DNA of 64,000 nucleotides from Patescibacteria group bacterium. Its GTDB lineage: Bacteria > Patescibacteriota > Minisyncoccia > UBA6257 > 2-01-FULL-56-20. The translations under genes were made by a program, and so were the position numbers. The notes below the pieces were generated by a model. That model saw nothing but the letters and a program-made list of their open reading frames with translations. It did not search any database and had not been told where the DNA came from. This document shows positions 10,208-17,887 of this stretch, piece after piece. Within the stretch, counting starts at the first letter, position 1. Each line of letters begins with the position of its first letter. Location of the stretch: contig JANLHI010000022.1 in NCBI GenBank assembly GCA_024654525.1, positions 3,931 through 67,930 on the forward strand, written 5' to 3'.

Positions 10208-10278
10208 TGACTGGGATGGGACTTGAACCCACAACCGGGTACTTATGAAGCACCTGCTCTACCTTGAGCTACCCAGTC
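10208..10278 (-). tRNA. tRNA with CAT anticodon (elongator Met-like); CCA not encoded
   Basis: Acceptor GACTGGG/CCCAGTC, D-stem GCTC/GAGC, anticodon arm GGTGC-TTCATAA-GTACC, T-arm GTGGG-TTCAAGT-CCCAT, discriminator A73. Confidence 0.9.
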
Positions 10279-10329
10279 ATTGCGAAGCAAACGTATCACA
10301 AAATACCATCGCCAACAAGCGGAATGAGA

Positions 10330-10357
10330 GAACGCCCAACCCGAAGGTTGAGCGTTC
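10330..10357 (-). other. strong UUCG hairpin between the radical SAM gene and the tRNA
   Basis: GAACGCTCAACC-TTCG-GGTTGGGCGTTC with no clear U-tract, so a processing or stability element or a weak terminator. Confidence 0.6.
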
Positions 10358-10388
10358 AATGATTCTGAAATCCAAACAAACCACATGT

Positions 10389-11363
10389 CTAGACCGCGAC
10401 TAGATCGGCATTCCGCGTGACCCTTGATGCCCATGGCGCCGGAGCTTCCGGACGGTAGTGCCGGAACTGACCCATCCCGGCACCGATCTCTGTCCCGAGA
10501 CTGTGGAACTGGTACACATCCAATCCTCCTTGCGCGCAAATTTGCTCGAACGCATGGTGATTGGCGGATTCCGCGAAACCCGTCTCGGAGACAGGCGAGA
10601 ATCGTGACAGGCGTAGTCGGACAGGTAAACCGTTCAATAGTCCGACTAATTCTTCGGCATGCGCTTCCGCATCGTTGACGTCCTTGAGCAGGACATAATT
10701 TAGGACAACCCTCGTTCGGAGGGTGTCCGCGTATTCCACCGCGGCGGCGAGCACTTCGCCAATCGGGTATTGCCGTGTGATTGGCATCAGTTCCGTTCGC
10801 AGCTCATCGTTCGGCGCATGGAGCGACACCCGAAGCTGGAGGTTCGTCATGCGAAGACCCACGAGTTTGCGAATGCCGGGAGCAATCCCGACGGTCGAGA
10901 TGACAACCCGCATGTCGGGAGAAATGTGCTCCAACGCACTTTTCACCGCGCTGAAATTCAGCAACGGTTCTCCCATTCCGGTGAAAGAGACCTCGAGGCC
11001 TCGCGCCGGATATTGCGTATCGCCGAGCATCCCGTTGACTTGAAGGATAATCTCGTCGCCAGTCAGATTGCGTACGATTCCCTGCAAACCCGTGGCGCAA
11101 AACGCACACTTCATCGCGCAACCGATTTGGCTGGAGATGCACAGCGAATCGTACTCACGAGTTCTGAACTGGAGGTGAGCGCTTTCGACCGTATGTCCGT
11201 CACGGGTAGCCCAAACGTACTTTGTTACTACGCTACTTTCGGCTTTTGCCTGTAAGGACATTCGGCTCGCCGTATTGTTGATGTTATGCCCGCCGATGGT
11301 TTCCATCGAACGAGCGTTTCGCATGCCCATAGCATGCCCGTCTAGAATACATGTGGTATTCAT
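10389..11363 (-). CDS. RlmN/Cfr-like radical SAM protein with the C-terminal catalytic Cys replaced by Met; start uncertain
   Basis: LCISSQIGCAMKCAFC, FTGMGEPLLN, SLHAP, YVLLKDVND; C-terminal GTEIGAGMGQF. Confidence 0.9.
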   Translation of the reverse strand: MNTTCILDGHAMGMRNARSMETIGGHNINNTASRMSLQAKAESSVVTKYVWATRDGHTVESAHLQFRTREYDSLCISSQIGCAMKCAFCATGLQGIVRNLTGDEIILQVNGMLGDTQYPARGLEVSFTGMGEPLLNFSAVKSALEHISPDMRVVISTVGIAPGIRKLVGLRMTNLQLRVSLHAPNDELRTELMPITRQYPIGEVLAAAVEYADTLRTRVVLNYVLLKDVNDAEAHAEELVGLLNGLPVRLRLSRFSPVSETGFAESANHHAFEQICAQGGLDVYQFHSLGTEIGAGMGQFRHYRPEAPAPWASRVTRNADLVAV

Positions 11364-11460
11364 AATTGTTAACGTACTGCGTACGACTCCCTTTATGAAG
11401 AATGATTTCCTATGGGGTCGCGCGTGCAACCCTCACAGCGTCTTACGACATTCATAATAA
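11310..11460 (-). promoter_or_regulatory. candidate structured 5' leader RNA, copy A
   Basis: Homologous to 12618-12774 with compensatory stem changes; contains the identical 34-nt core at 11310-11343. Confidence 0.7.
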
Positions 11461-11474
11461 AGAGCCGTATAGAA

Positions 11475-11503
11475 ATAATAGGAGTGCTTATAGAAAAGCG
11501 CAA
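11475..11503 (-). promoter_or_regulatory. sigma70-like promoter of the radical SAM/tRNA/metG unit
   Basis: TTGCGC-N17-TATTAT directly upstream of leader copy A. Confidence 0.6.
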
Positions 11504-11674
11504 ACATGGAAACTGTGTGTATCTCGGATATCCTTTATAAATAGCTCATTACCGAACAAAAAAGCTATGTATAACAGCTGAAATGGCAAGCCGGCTAACC
11601 CATAAACATAGATTAGCCGACAAGGCATTATTTTCGAACATAATTCAGTTCTTCGACAGAGCGGTAACCGCTAT

Positions 11675-12457
11675 TCACAAATGATTTTTCATGCGCCCAA
11701 GCATAAATGCATGATCCCTCGGGTCGTACTTGCGCATGTAATATCGACATCTCAACTCTCTTCTCTCAATTACTCTGGGACGAGCGCATAAGCTGCAAAA
11801 CACGAATGGATACATCCTAAAAAAATCTGCAGATACGCGATCCCGAGAAAGGACTGCCGAATACTGGTGGCAACATTTACTTGCACACTCATCGCACACA
11901 GCTTCGTTTGGAGATAATTTATAGGAGTAATCCAACATTGCATCGCCACATTGTTTGCAACGAATTCCGCCCGTAACAACAACCGCCCGTTTTCCTTCAA
12001 AATCAGTTTCACCAAGAAAAACCAGCTTTCTACCACCATAGCGAGCAGTATTATTAAGATCATCAAGCACTTTTTCATCATCTCTCGTACTCCCGCACAG
12101 AAAGATAATGCGCCCTTGTTGCCTCAATTTCGAAAAAGCTTCTCTAAAAACCTCTTCATTATTGAATGTAGCAGTGGTAATTTTCTTACCATCAGTTATA
12201 ACAGTGCCAATTGAGTTCGAATTCAAACTGCAAAGCTCTAAACTGACTTCGTTAAAAGAACCGCCACAAGGATTCTGAAAAAGAACCCAGAGAGATTTCT
12301 CACTACCAGTTACATTGTTCACACACATCCATGAGATATGCTTAATCGAATCTCCCGGCTTGAGTACCTCAACAACAGCGATAATATCTTCAGCCTCACC
12401 CGTTTCAATCGGCACCAATGTATAAGTCGCCGTTTCTTCATCACAGATAATTTTCAT
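11675..12457 (-). CDS. hypothetical protein with C-terminal Cys clusters
   Basis: Likely start MKIICDEE; CKQC, CDEC and CSLC. The longer ORF-track start overlaps the metK promoter. Confidence 0.6.
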   Translation of the reverse strand: MKIICDEETATYTLVPIETGEAEDIIAVVEVLKPGDSIKHISWMCVNNVTGSEKSLWVLFQNPCGGSFNEVSLELCSLNSNSIGTVITDGKKITTATFNNEEVFREAFSKLRQQGRIIFLCGSTRDDEKVLDDLNNTARYGGRKLVFLGETDFEGKRAVVVTGGIRCKQCGDAMLDYSYKLSPNEAVCDECASKCCHQYSAVLSRDRVSADFFRMYPFVFCSLCARPRVIERRELRCRYYMRKYDPRDHAFMLGRMKNHL

Positions 12458-12576
12458 AACATAATTCCTTTTTGAAATTTTCAATTTGCGCAAACGGTGA
12501 AGAATTGAGTGTAGCAAGCAGAACATCAAATGACAACCAGCTACAAGAGAATAAAACGCCAGACTTAGCAACCCCG

Positions 12577-12604
12577 TTGACACACCAAAAAAAAGTACTA
12601 TTAT
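12577..12604 (+). promoter_or_regulatory. sigma70-like promoter of metK
   Basis: TTGACA-N16-TATTAT directly upstream of leader copy B. Confidence 0.7.
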
Positions 12605-12617
12605 CCCCTTACAATCC

Positions 12618-12774
12618 TTATTGTACGCACCGCAAGGTGCTGCGTGAATCAACTTTGTTGATTTCGTAGGAAATTATTTCTTTACAAGAAGAGTTGCAAC
12701 GTTTAGTTCATTCAAAACTTATGAGTACTCCAAGTACCCAAGACGGGCATGCTATGGGCATGCGAAACGCTCGT
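12618..12774 (+). promoter_or_regulatory. candidate structured 5' leader RNA, copy B
   Basis: Homologous to 11310-11460; contains the identical 34-nt core at 12741-12774. Confidence 0.7.
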
Positions 12775-13860
12775 GTTGTGGCGGTTGAATTCGTCACGCC
12801 CGGGCATCCAGATAAGGTCTGCGATCAAATTGGAGACAGTATCCTTGACGCCGCAATCACTCAAGATCCACTTTCGCGAGTTGCCCTTGAGACAACCGGC
12901 GGACATGGTCTCGTGATGGTAAATGGCGAGATGACTACCAAAGCCGACCTCGATATTGTTAGCATCGTGCAAAGAAAGTATGCCGAAATTGGACATGACC
13001 GTTCCATCGAAGTACTCCTTCGCATCGTTCAGCAGTCTCCGGACATTGCACAGGGAGTTGACGACTGTGCTGCCGCTGGCAAAGACAGCGATGAACAAGG
13101 AGCGGGAGATCAGGGAGTCATGGTGGGTTACGCCATCGGTGGCGAGGCAAACTTCATGCCGCAGGCATATAACCTCGCAAAAGCGCTCACTGACCGACTA
13201 ACGGAAGTGAGAGTTCGAGGGATTCTCCCTCACGTAAAGGCTGACGGCAAAAGCCAGGTCACTTTGGTGAACGGCGTTGTCACTCGCGTGACCATCGCCG
13301 CACATCACAGCGACACAGTCGGGCTTGAACAACTGCGCGCAGATATTCTCAAAGATGTCGTGCAGGTGGTCATCCCCGGAATCAACGGCGACGCTGTCAC
13401 CATCAACGGCACCGGAAAGTTCGTGCAAGGCGGTTTCGAAGCTGACGCGGGAACTACCGGTCGCAAATTGGCAGTGGACAATTATGGTCCTCTGGTTGAA
13501 ATCGGCGGCGGATGCTATTCGGGAAAGGATCCTTCGAAAGTGGATCGGAGTGCGGCATATTTCTGCCGGATGGTGGCAAAGGCCATTGTTGCGGGAGGCC
13601 ACGCGAACGAAGCAGTCGTGAAGGTGGGCTACGCCATCGGCGTCGCAAAACCGACATTCCTGTCGGTGCTGACTCCTCTTGATGGAGAAGCGGCCGAAAA
13701 ATTCGAAGCGCATGTGCTGTCGAAGTTCGATTTTCGGCCCAAAGCCATCATCGAACGTCTCGGGCTCCGGAAACCCGACGGCTGGTGCTATGCCGACACT
13801 GCCGCAGCGGGTCACTACGGGGATGACCGGTTCCCGTGGGAAAAAGTGGTGGAGATCTAA
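12721..13860 (+). CDS. metK: S-adenosylmethionine synthetase (alternative starts 12754 and 12760)
   Basis: GHPDK, GAGDQG, DGKSQV, GTTGRK, GGGCYSGKDPSKVDRS. Confidence 0.95.
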   Translation: MSTPSTQDGHAMGMRNARVVAVEFVTPGHPDKVCDQIGDSILDAAITQDPLSRVALETTGGHGLVMVNGEMTTKADLDIVSIVQRKYAEIGHDRSIEVLLRIVQQSPDIAQGVDDCAAAGKDSDEQGAGDQGVMVGYAIGGEANFMPQAYNLAKALTDRLTEVRVRGILPHVKADGKSQVTLVNGVVTRVTIAAHHSDTVGLEQLRADILKDVVQVVIPGINGDAVTINGTGKFVQGGFEADAGTTGRKLAVDNYGPLVEIGGGCYSGKDPSKVDRSAAYFCRMVAKAIVAGGHANEAVVKVGYAIGVAKPTFLSVLTPLDGEAAEKFEAHVLSKFDFRPKAIIERLGLRKPDGWCYADTAAAGHYGDDRFPWEKVVEI

Positions 13861-13905
13861 AGATCTCACAGGGTAGGAAGGGGTACCCAGTATGTTTTTA
13901 ACAAA

Positions 13906-13935
13906 AAAGTGCCTTCGCTCACGCGAAGGTACTTT
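13906..13935. terminator. bidirectional terminator-like hairpin
   Basis: AAAGTGCCTTCGC-TCAC-GCGAAGGTACTTT between convergent genes. Confidence 0.7.
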
Positions 13936-13968
13936 AATTTTCCCACTAATTTCTCACATGGGAATGCC

Positions 13969-14448
13969 TCAACTCCTTTTCAAAAATATCTTCAACATCT
14001 CAACCTCTATTCCAATCTGCGAATGAAGCGGGGAAGGAAGCTGGTCTAACGCGAACCATCCTATTTCGTCTATCTTCTCCGGGTCACCGTTCTTAACTTT
14101 TGCAGGGTCAACCAACACCCAATGCATGTTTTTTACCCAATGAGTAGACAATCCGTTGTGCGTGCGGAGTACATTTTTTGTAGTCACATATTCGATTTCA
14201 AGCGGTACCACGCCGTATTCCTCCAGAACCTCGCGTGCCACCGTGTCTTCAAACGTTTCGCCAAATTCCATCGCTCCTCCGCCACAATCCCATACATCCT
14301 GTTCATCGCGACACTTTTTGCTCCGCTTGTGCATAAGTATGCGCCCTTCCGTGTCATAGCACCAAAACACGCAGTTCACACCGATATAATCAACACCGCG
14401 CTTCATATCCCGCTTTTGATATTCCGGAGATTTCTGATCGGGAATCAT
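13969..14448 (-). CDS. NUDIX hydrolase
   Basis: GGGAMEFGETFEDTVAREVLEEYG. Confidence 0.9.
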   Translation of the reverse strand: MIPDQKSPEYQKRDMKRGVDYIGVNCVFWCYDTEGRILMHKRSKKCRDEQDVWDCGGGAMEFGETFEDTVAREVLEEYGVVPLEIEYVTTKNVLRTHNGLSTHWVKNMHWVLVDPAKVKNGDPEKIDEIGWFALDQLPSPLHSQIGIEVEMLKIFLKRS

Positions 14449-14450
14449 GG

Positions 14451-15209
14451 CTATTCAACCCTCTTCGACTGATGCTCTTTCAAAAATCCTGAAAATCCCT
14501 TTATCATCTCCAACGGCACCGTGAATACTACTGTGTTTGACTGATCCGAAGAGATATCATTGATGGATTGCAATGTGCGAAGGTGAAGCGCTCCGTCCAC
14601 CGCAGAGAGTATCTTTGCCGCTTCCGCCATGTTTTGAGCCGCGGCAAGCTCCCCTTCTGAATTGATAATAACCGCGCGTTTTTCCCGTTCCGCTTCCGCT
14701 TGTTTCGCAATCGTTCGCTCCATGTCCGCCGGTAAACTTACATCTTTAAGCTCCACATTACTCACTTTAAGTCCCCATTCATCCGTCTCTTTGTCCACGA
14801 TTTCACGAATTCGGTCAGCAAGCTTTTCCCGATTTGCCAGAAGTTCATCTAAACTTACTTCCCCCACGATGTTCCGCATGGTAGTTTGTGCAAATTGAGA
14901 AATTGCATAGTAAAAATCCTGCACTTCAAGAATCGCTTTTTCCGCGGACTGCACACGATAATAAATCACCGCGTTTACCGTGACCGATACATTGTCGCGC
15001 GTGATTGCTTTTTGATCCGGCACATCCACGGCTTTGATACGCATATCCACCTTCTGATAGCTTTGAAACACGGGAATTACGATCCGCCATCCCGGCTCCA
15101 TTACATTACTGAAACGCCCCATCGTAAATTTCAAACCACGTTCATACTGATTCACCTGTCGCAAGCTTGCAATCAGAAGCACAACAATTATTGATATATA
15201 TATCTCCAT
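14451..15209 (-). CDS. SPFH/band 7 (stomatin-like) protein
   Basis: N-terminal TM; QKAITRDNV, AQTTMRN, QAEAEREKRA. Confidence 0.9.
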   Translation of the reverse strand: MEIYISIIVVLLIASLRQVNQYERGLKFTMGRFSNVMEPGWRIVIPVFQSYQKVDMRIKAVDVPDQKAITRDNVSVTVNAVIYYRVQSAEKAILEVQDFYYAISQFAQTTMRNIVGEVSLDELLANREKLADRIREIVDKETDEWGLKVSNVELKDVSLPADMERTIAKQAEAEREKRAVIINSEGELAAAQNMAEAAKILSAVDGALHLRTLQSINDISSDQSNTVVFTVPLEMIKGFSGFLKEHQSKRVE

Positions 15210-15243
15210 AAGTGTATTATACCATATATAATTCATCCTTATC

Positions 15244-15627
15244 ATGCAATTCCACCACACCTCCTTAAGCGTCAGCAATCTTGAAACAAGCCTTATATTT
15301 TATACAACCATGCTTGGTTTTAAAGAAATTAAGCGATTTGAGCGTCCCGACCTGGGAGGCAAAGCGACACTACTCGAACTTGGCGGATATCATCTTGAAC
15401 TTTGGCAATTTGACGCGACAAAACCAAACAAGGACGATTTTTCCGACCTCCACACGCGTGGCATTAAACACCTCGCGTTTCGCGTGGAAAATGTCGAGCA
15501 TGTCTATCACACACTTACCGCACAAGGCATTACCGCTACGGAACCAAAACAAGGCTCTATGGCAAAATATATTTTTATAAAAGATCCCGACGGTTTTCCC
15601 ATCGAAATTCTTGAAATGCTCAACTGA
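15244..15627 (+). CDS. VOC/glyoxalase family protein
   Basis: FHHTSLSV, HLAFRV, FIKDPDGFPIE. Confidence 0.9.
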   Translation: MQFHHTSLSVSNLETSLIFYTTMLGFKEIKRFERPDLGGKATLLELGGYHLELWQFDATKPNKDDFSDLHTRGIKHLAFRVENVEHVYHTLTAQGITATEPKQGSMAKYIFIKDPDGFPIEILEMLN

Positions 15628-15639
15628 CAACTTTTATCT

Positions 15640-15987
15640 ATGCACCTTCTTCGCACCAATAAAATGTACGAAAAATATGTTCGTTTTATACATAAAGGCG
15701 GTCTTCGCGAAGAATGCGTGCTTTGCACAAAAAAACCGATTAAGTCCTTCCGTTATTGGCGCATTATTATGAATGATTTTCCTTATAACAGAATCACCAA
15801 CATTCATCATATGATAGTCCCGAAACGGCACACCGTAGAAGCAAAACTCACAAAGAAAGAGAGGGAAGAACTCCAAAAATTGAAAATGAGGTATGTGAGC
15901 CCGAATTATACTTTTATTATGGAGGCATCCCATAAAGACAAGTCCATCCCCTCACACTTCCATCTCCATCTTGTGGTGATTAAGTAA
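15640..15987 (+). CDS. HIT family protein
   Basis: CVLC, VPKRH, HFHLHL. Confidence 0.8.
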   Translation: MHLLRTNKMYEKYVRFIHKGGLREECVLCTKKPIKSFRYWRIIMNDFPYNRITNIHHMIVPKRHTVEAKLTKKEREELQKLKMRYVSPNYTFIMEASHKDKSIPSHFHLHLVVIK

Positions 15988-16585
15988 GAGGAAATAAAAC
16001 TTCCTTAATCCCCGCCATCGCATCAATCACCAATTGAATATGCTCGGCGCGATTGACTCCTAACTCGGCAATTCCCTGCTCAATATCTTCACGGCTTACT
16101 TTCGCCGCGAATCTTTTTTCCTTAAGCCGTTTTTCAACCGATTGCACATTGAGACTTGCGAATTTATCCGGTTTCATATGCGCAATCGCCATCACAAACC
16201 CGCAAAGCTCATCCACCGCAAACAGGCATTTTGCGGCATTGGTATCACGTGGTACACCCGAATATAGTGCGTGCCCCAGAATAATCCGCATTACTTCTTC
16301 CGGATATTCCTTTTCACGTAGAATCTTCTCTCCTTCAAACGGATGTCCCGTTCTTGCATCCGCATCGGGCTTGCCCGCCATAGCTTCAGCGACGGCGGGA
16401 ACGGGGTACTTCTCATAATCAAAATCATGGAGTAGCCCGCAGATACCCCACAACTCCTCATCCTCGCTATATTTTTTCGCATATGCGCGCATGGCGGCTT
16501 CAACCGACAAACAATGTTTACGCAAACTCTCCGACTGAACATATTCGGCAAGAAGCTTCCATGCTTCATCGCGATTTGGAATCAT
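15980..16585 (-). CDS. HD-domain hydrolase
   Basis: KHCLSVE, GLLHDFDYE, AVDELCG. Confidence 0.9.
   Translation of the reverse strand: MIPNRDEAWKLLAEYVQSESLRKHCLSVEAAMRAYAKKYSEDEELWGICGLLHDFDYEKYPVPAVAEAMAGKPDADARTGHPFEGEKILREKEYPEEVMRIILGHALYSGVPRDTNAAKCLFAVDELCGFVMAIAHMKPDKFASLNVQSVEKRLKEKRFAAKVSREDIEQGIAELGVNRAEHIQLVIDAMAGIKEVLFPLT
16374..16399. repeat. palindromic REP-like element in frame inside the HD gene
   Basis: CCCGCCATAGCTTCAGCGACGGCGGG hairpin, encoding part of PAVAEAMAG. Confidence 0.6.
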
Positions 16586-16653
16586 ACAATCATTGTACCC
16601 ATAATAACCGTATTACGGCAATTTATTTAGCAATATCTAAGTAACGTATTACA

Positions 16654-17427
16654 ATGGTAAATATGAGATATGCGATAAAACTCGTCATAATTGTCATTGT
16701 TGCCGTCAGCGCATATTGGATATTCGGCAAAAGTTTTCATAGTGCAAAAAATACACTCGACTTCCGCAACGCAACATACGTCATAGACAATAATCCCCTG
16801 ACACTTACCAATGGAGTGTCGGAACAGGAAGCGGCGTCCGGCTCCGCAACAAAAGTCACCACTAAAATATTCGGTGAACCAGCATATGGGGACCTGAATA
16901 ACGACAGTATCAATGATGCCGCGCTGATAATGGTGCGTGATGCCGGCGGGAGCGGTACATTTTACTATGCAGTAGCACTTCTTGATGAGAGCGAAAATGC
17001 CGCACAAGGAACCAATGCCGTTCTTCTCGGAGATCGCATTGCACCGCAAAACATTGAAATTTCAAATGGGCAGATTATTGTACATTATGCCGTTCGTGCA
17101 CTCGACGAACCCATGAGTACACAACCTTCACTCGGCATTTCCAAACATCTTCTCATAGACGGAAACACGCTTGAAGAAGGGAAGCGAGTAGTATTCAACT
17201 GCGCCGATGAGAAATCGATAGTCGCGATATTTCATCCCGACAACGACACACAGGTGGAATTAAAGTTAAGTGATGGACGAGAATTAAACGTACCTCATGC
17301 TATTTCCACATCCGGAACACGCTATGCAAATAAAGATGGAAATTTTATATTCTGGAATAAAGGAAATGACGCCACAATACAGGAACATGGCAAAGAGACT
17401 TTCCGTAACTGCACTATTTCACAATAG
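16654..17427 (+). CDS. exported protein with C-terminal MliC/PliC-like domain
   Basis: N-terminal TM; AISTSGTRY..FWNKG..C. Confidence 0.75.
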   Translation: MVNMRYAIKLVIIVIVAVSAYWIFGKSFHSAKNTLDFRNATYVIDNNPLTLTNGVSEQEAASGSATKVTTKIFGEPAYGDLNNDSINDAALIMVRDAGGSGTFYYAVALLDESENAAQGTNAVLLGDRIAPQNIEISNGQIIVHYAVRALDEPMSTQPSLGISKHLLIDGNTLEEGKRVVFNCADEKSIVAIFHPDNDTQVELKLSDGRELNVPHAISTSGTRYANKDGNFIFWNKGNDATIQEHGKETFRNCTISQ

Positions 17428-17460
17428 TTTCGGTACACCGCACGGGAAAAACCATTACCA

Positions 17461-17853
17461 ATGTTTCGTCCTATCACCACATATATTTCCCGCACGACAT
17501 ACACCGCATGCGTAATTTCCGGAAGTCAAAATGGGCAGAAAATAGGATTCCCCACGCTTAACCTTGTCATCCCGAAAAATTTTACCGAACCTCACGGTAT
17601 CTACGCAGGATGGGTATACATAAACACAGTGCGTTATCGGGGCGCATTCCACTACGGTCCCATTCCCGTATTTCAAAAAAAGGATTCGTCACTTGAAGTG
17701 TTTGTTCTTGACGCGAACCTTACATCGCCTCCCGCACAAATTTCATTTGAGCTCGTGGGAAAAATTCGCGCTATCGAGAATTTTACCGACACGGACGCAC
17801 TGAAAGAGCAGATAACACAAGACGTATCCGCGGTACGCATCATACTGCAATAA
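17461..17853 (+). CDS. monofunctional riboflavin kinase
   Basis: GQKIGFPTLN, GIYAG, LEVFVLD; no FAD synthetase domain. Confidence 0.85.
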   Translation: MFRPITTYISRTTYTACVISGSQNGQKIGFPTLNLVIPKNFTEPHGIYAGWVYINTVRYRGAFHYGPIPVFQKKDSSLEVFVLDANLTSPPAQISFELVGKIRAIENFTDTDALKEQITQDVSAVRIILQ

Positions 17854-17887
17854 CATCGCCTCTTCTCCGCATGATACAATACACATA

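Noticed and set aside
10389-11363. Calling this gene rlmN or cfr
   Set aside because: The essential methyl-carrier Cys is absent and the N-terminal domain appears to be missing.
12618-12774. Known SAM-I or SAH riboswitch upstream of metK
   Set aside because: It lacks AUCAAGAG, the GCAAC/GUGC P3 pocket and the SAH P1/pseudoknot. It is reported instead as a novel candidate.
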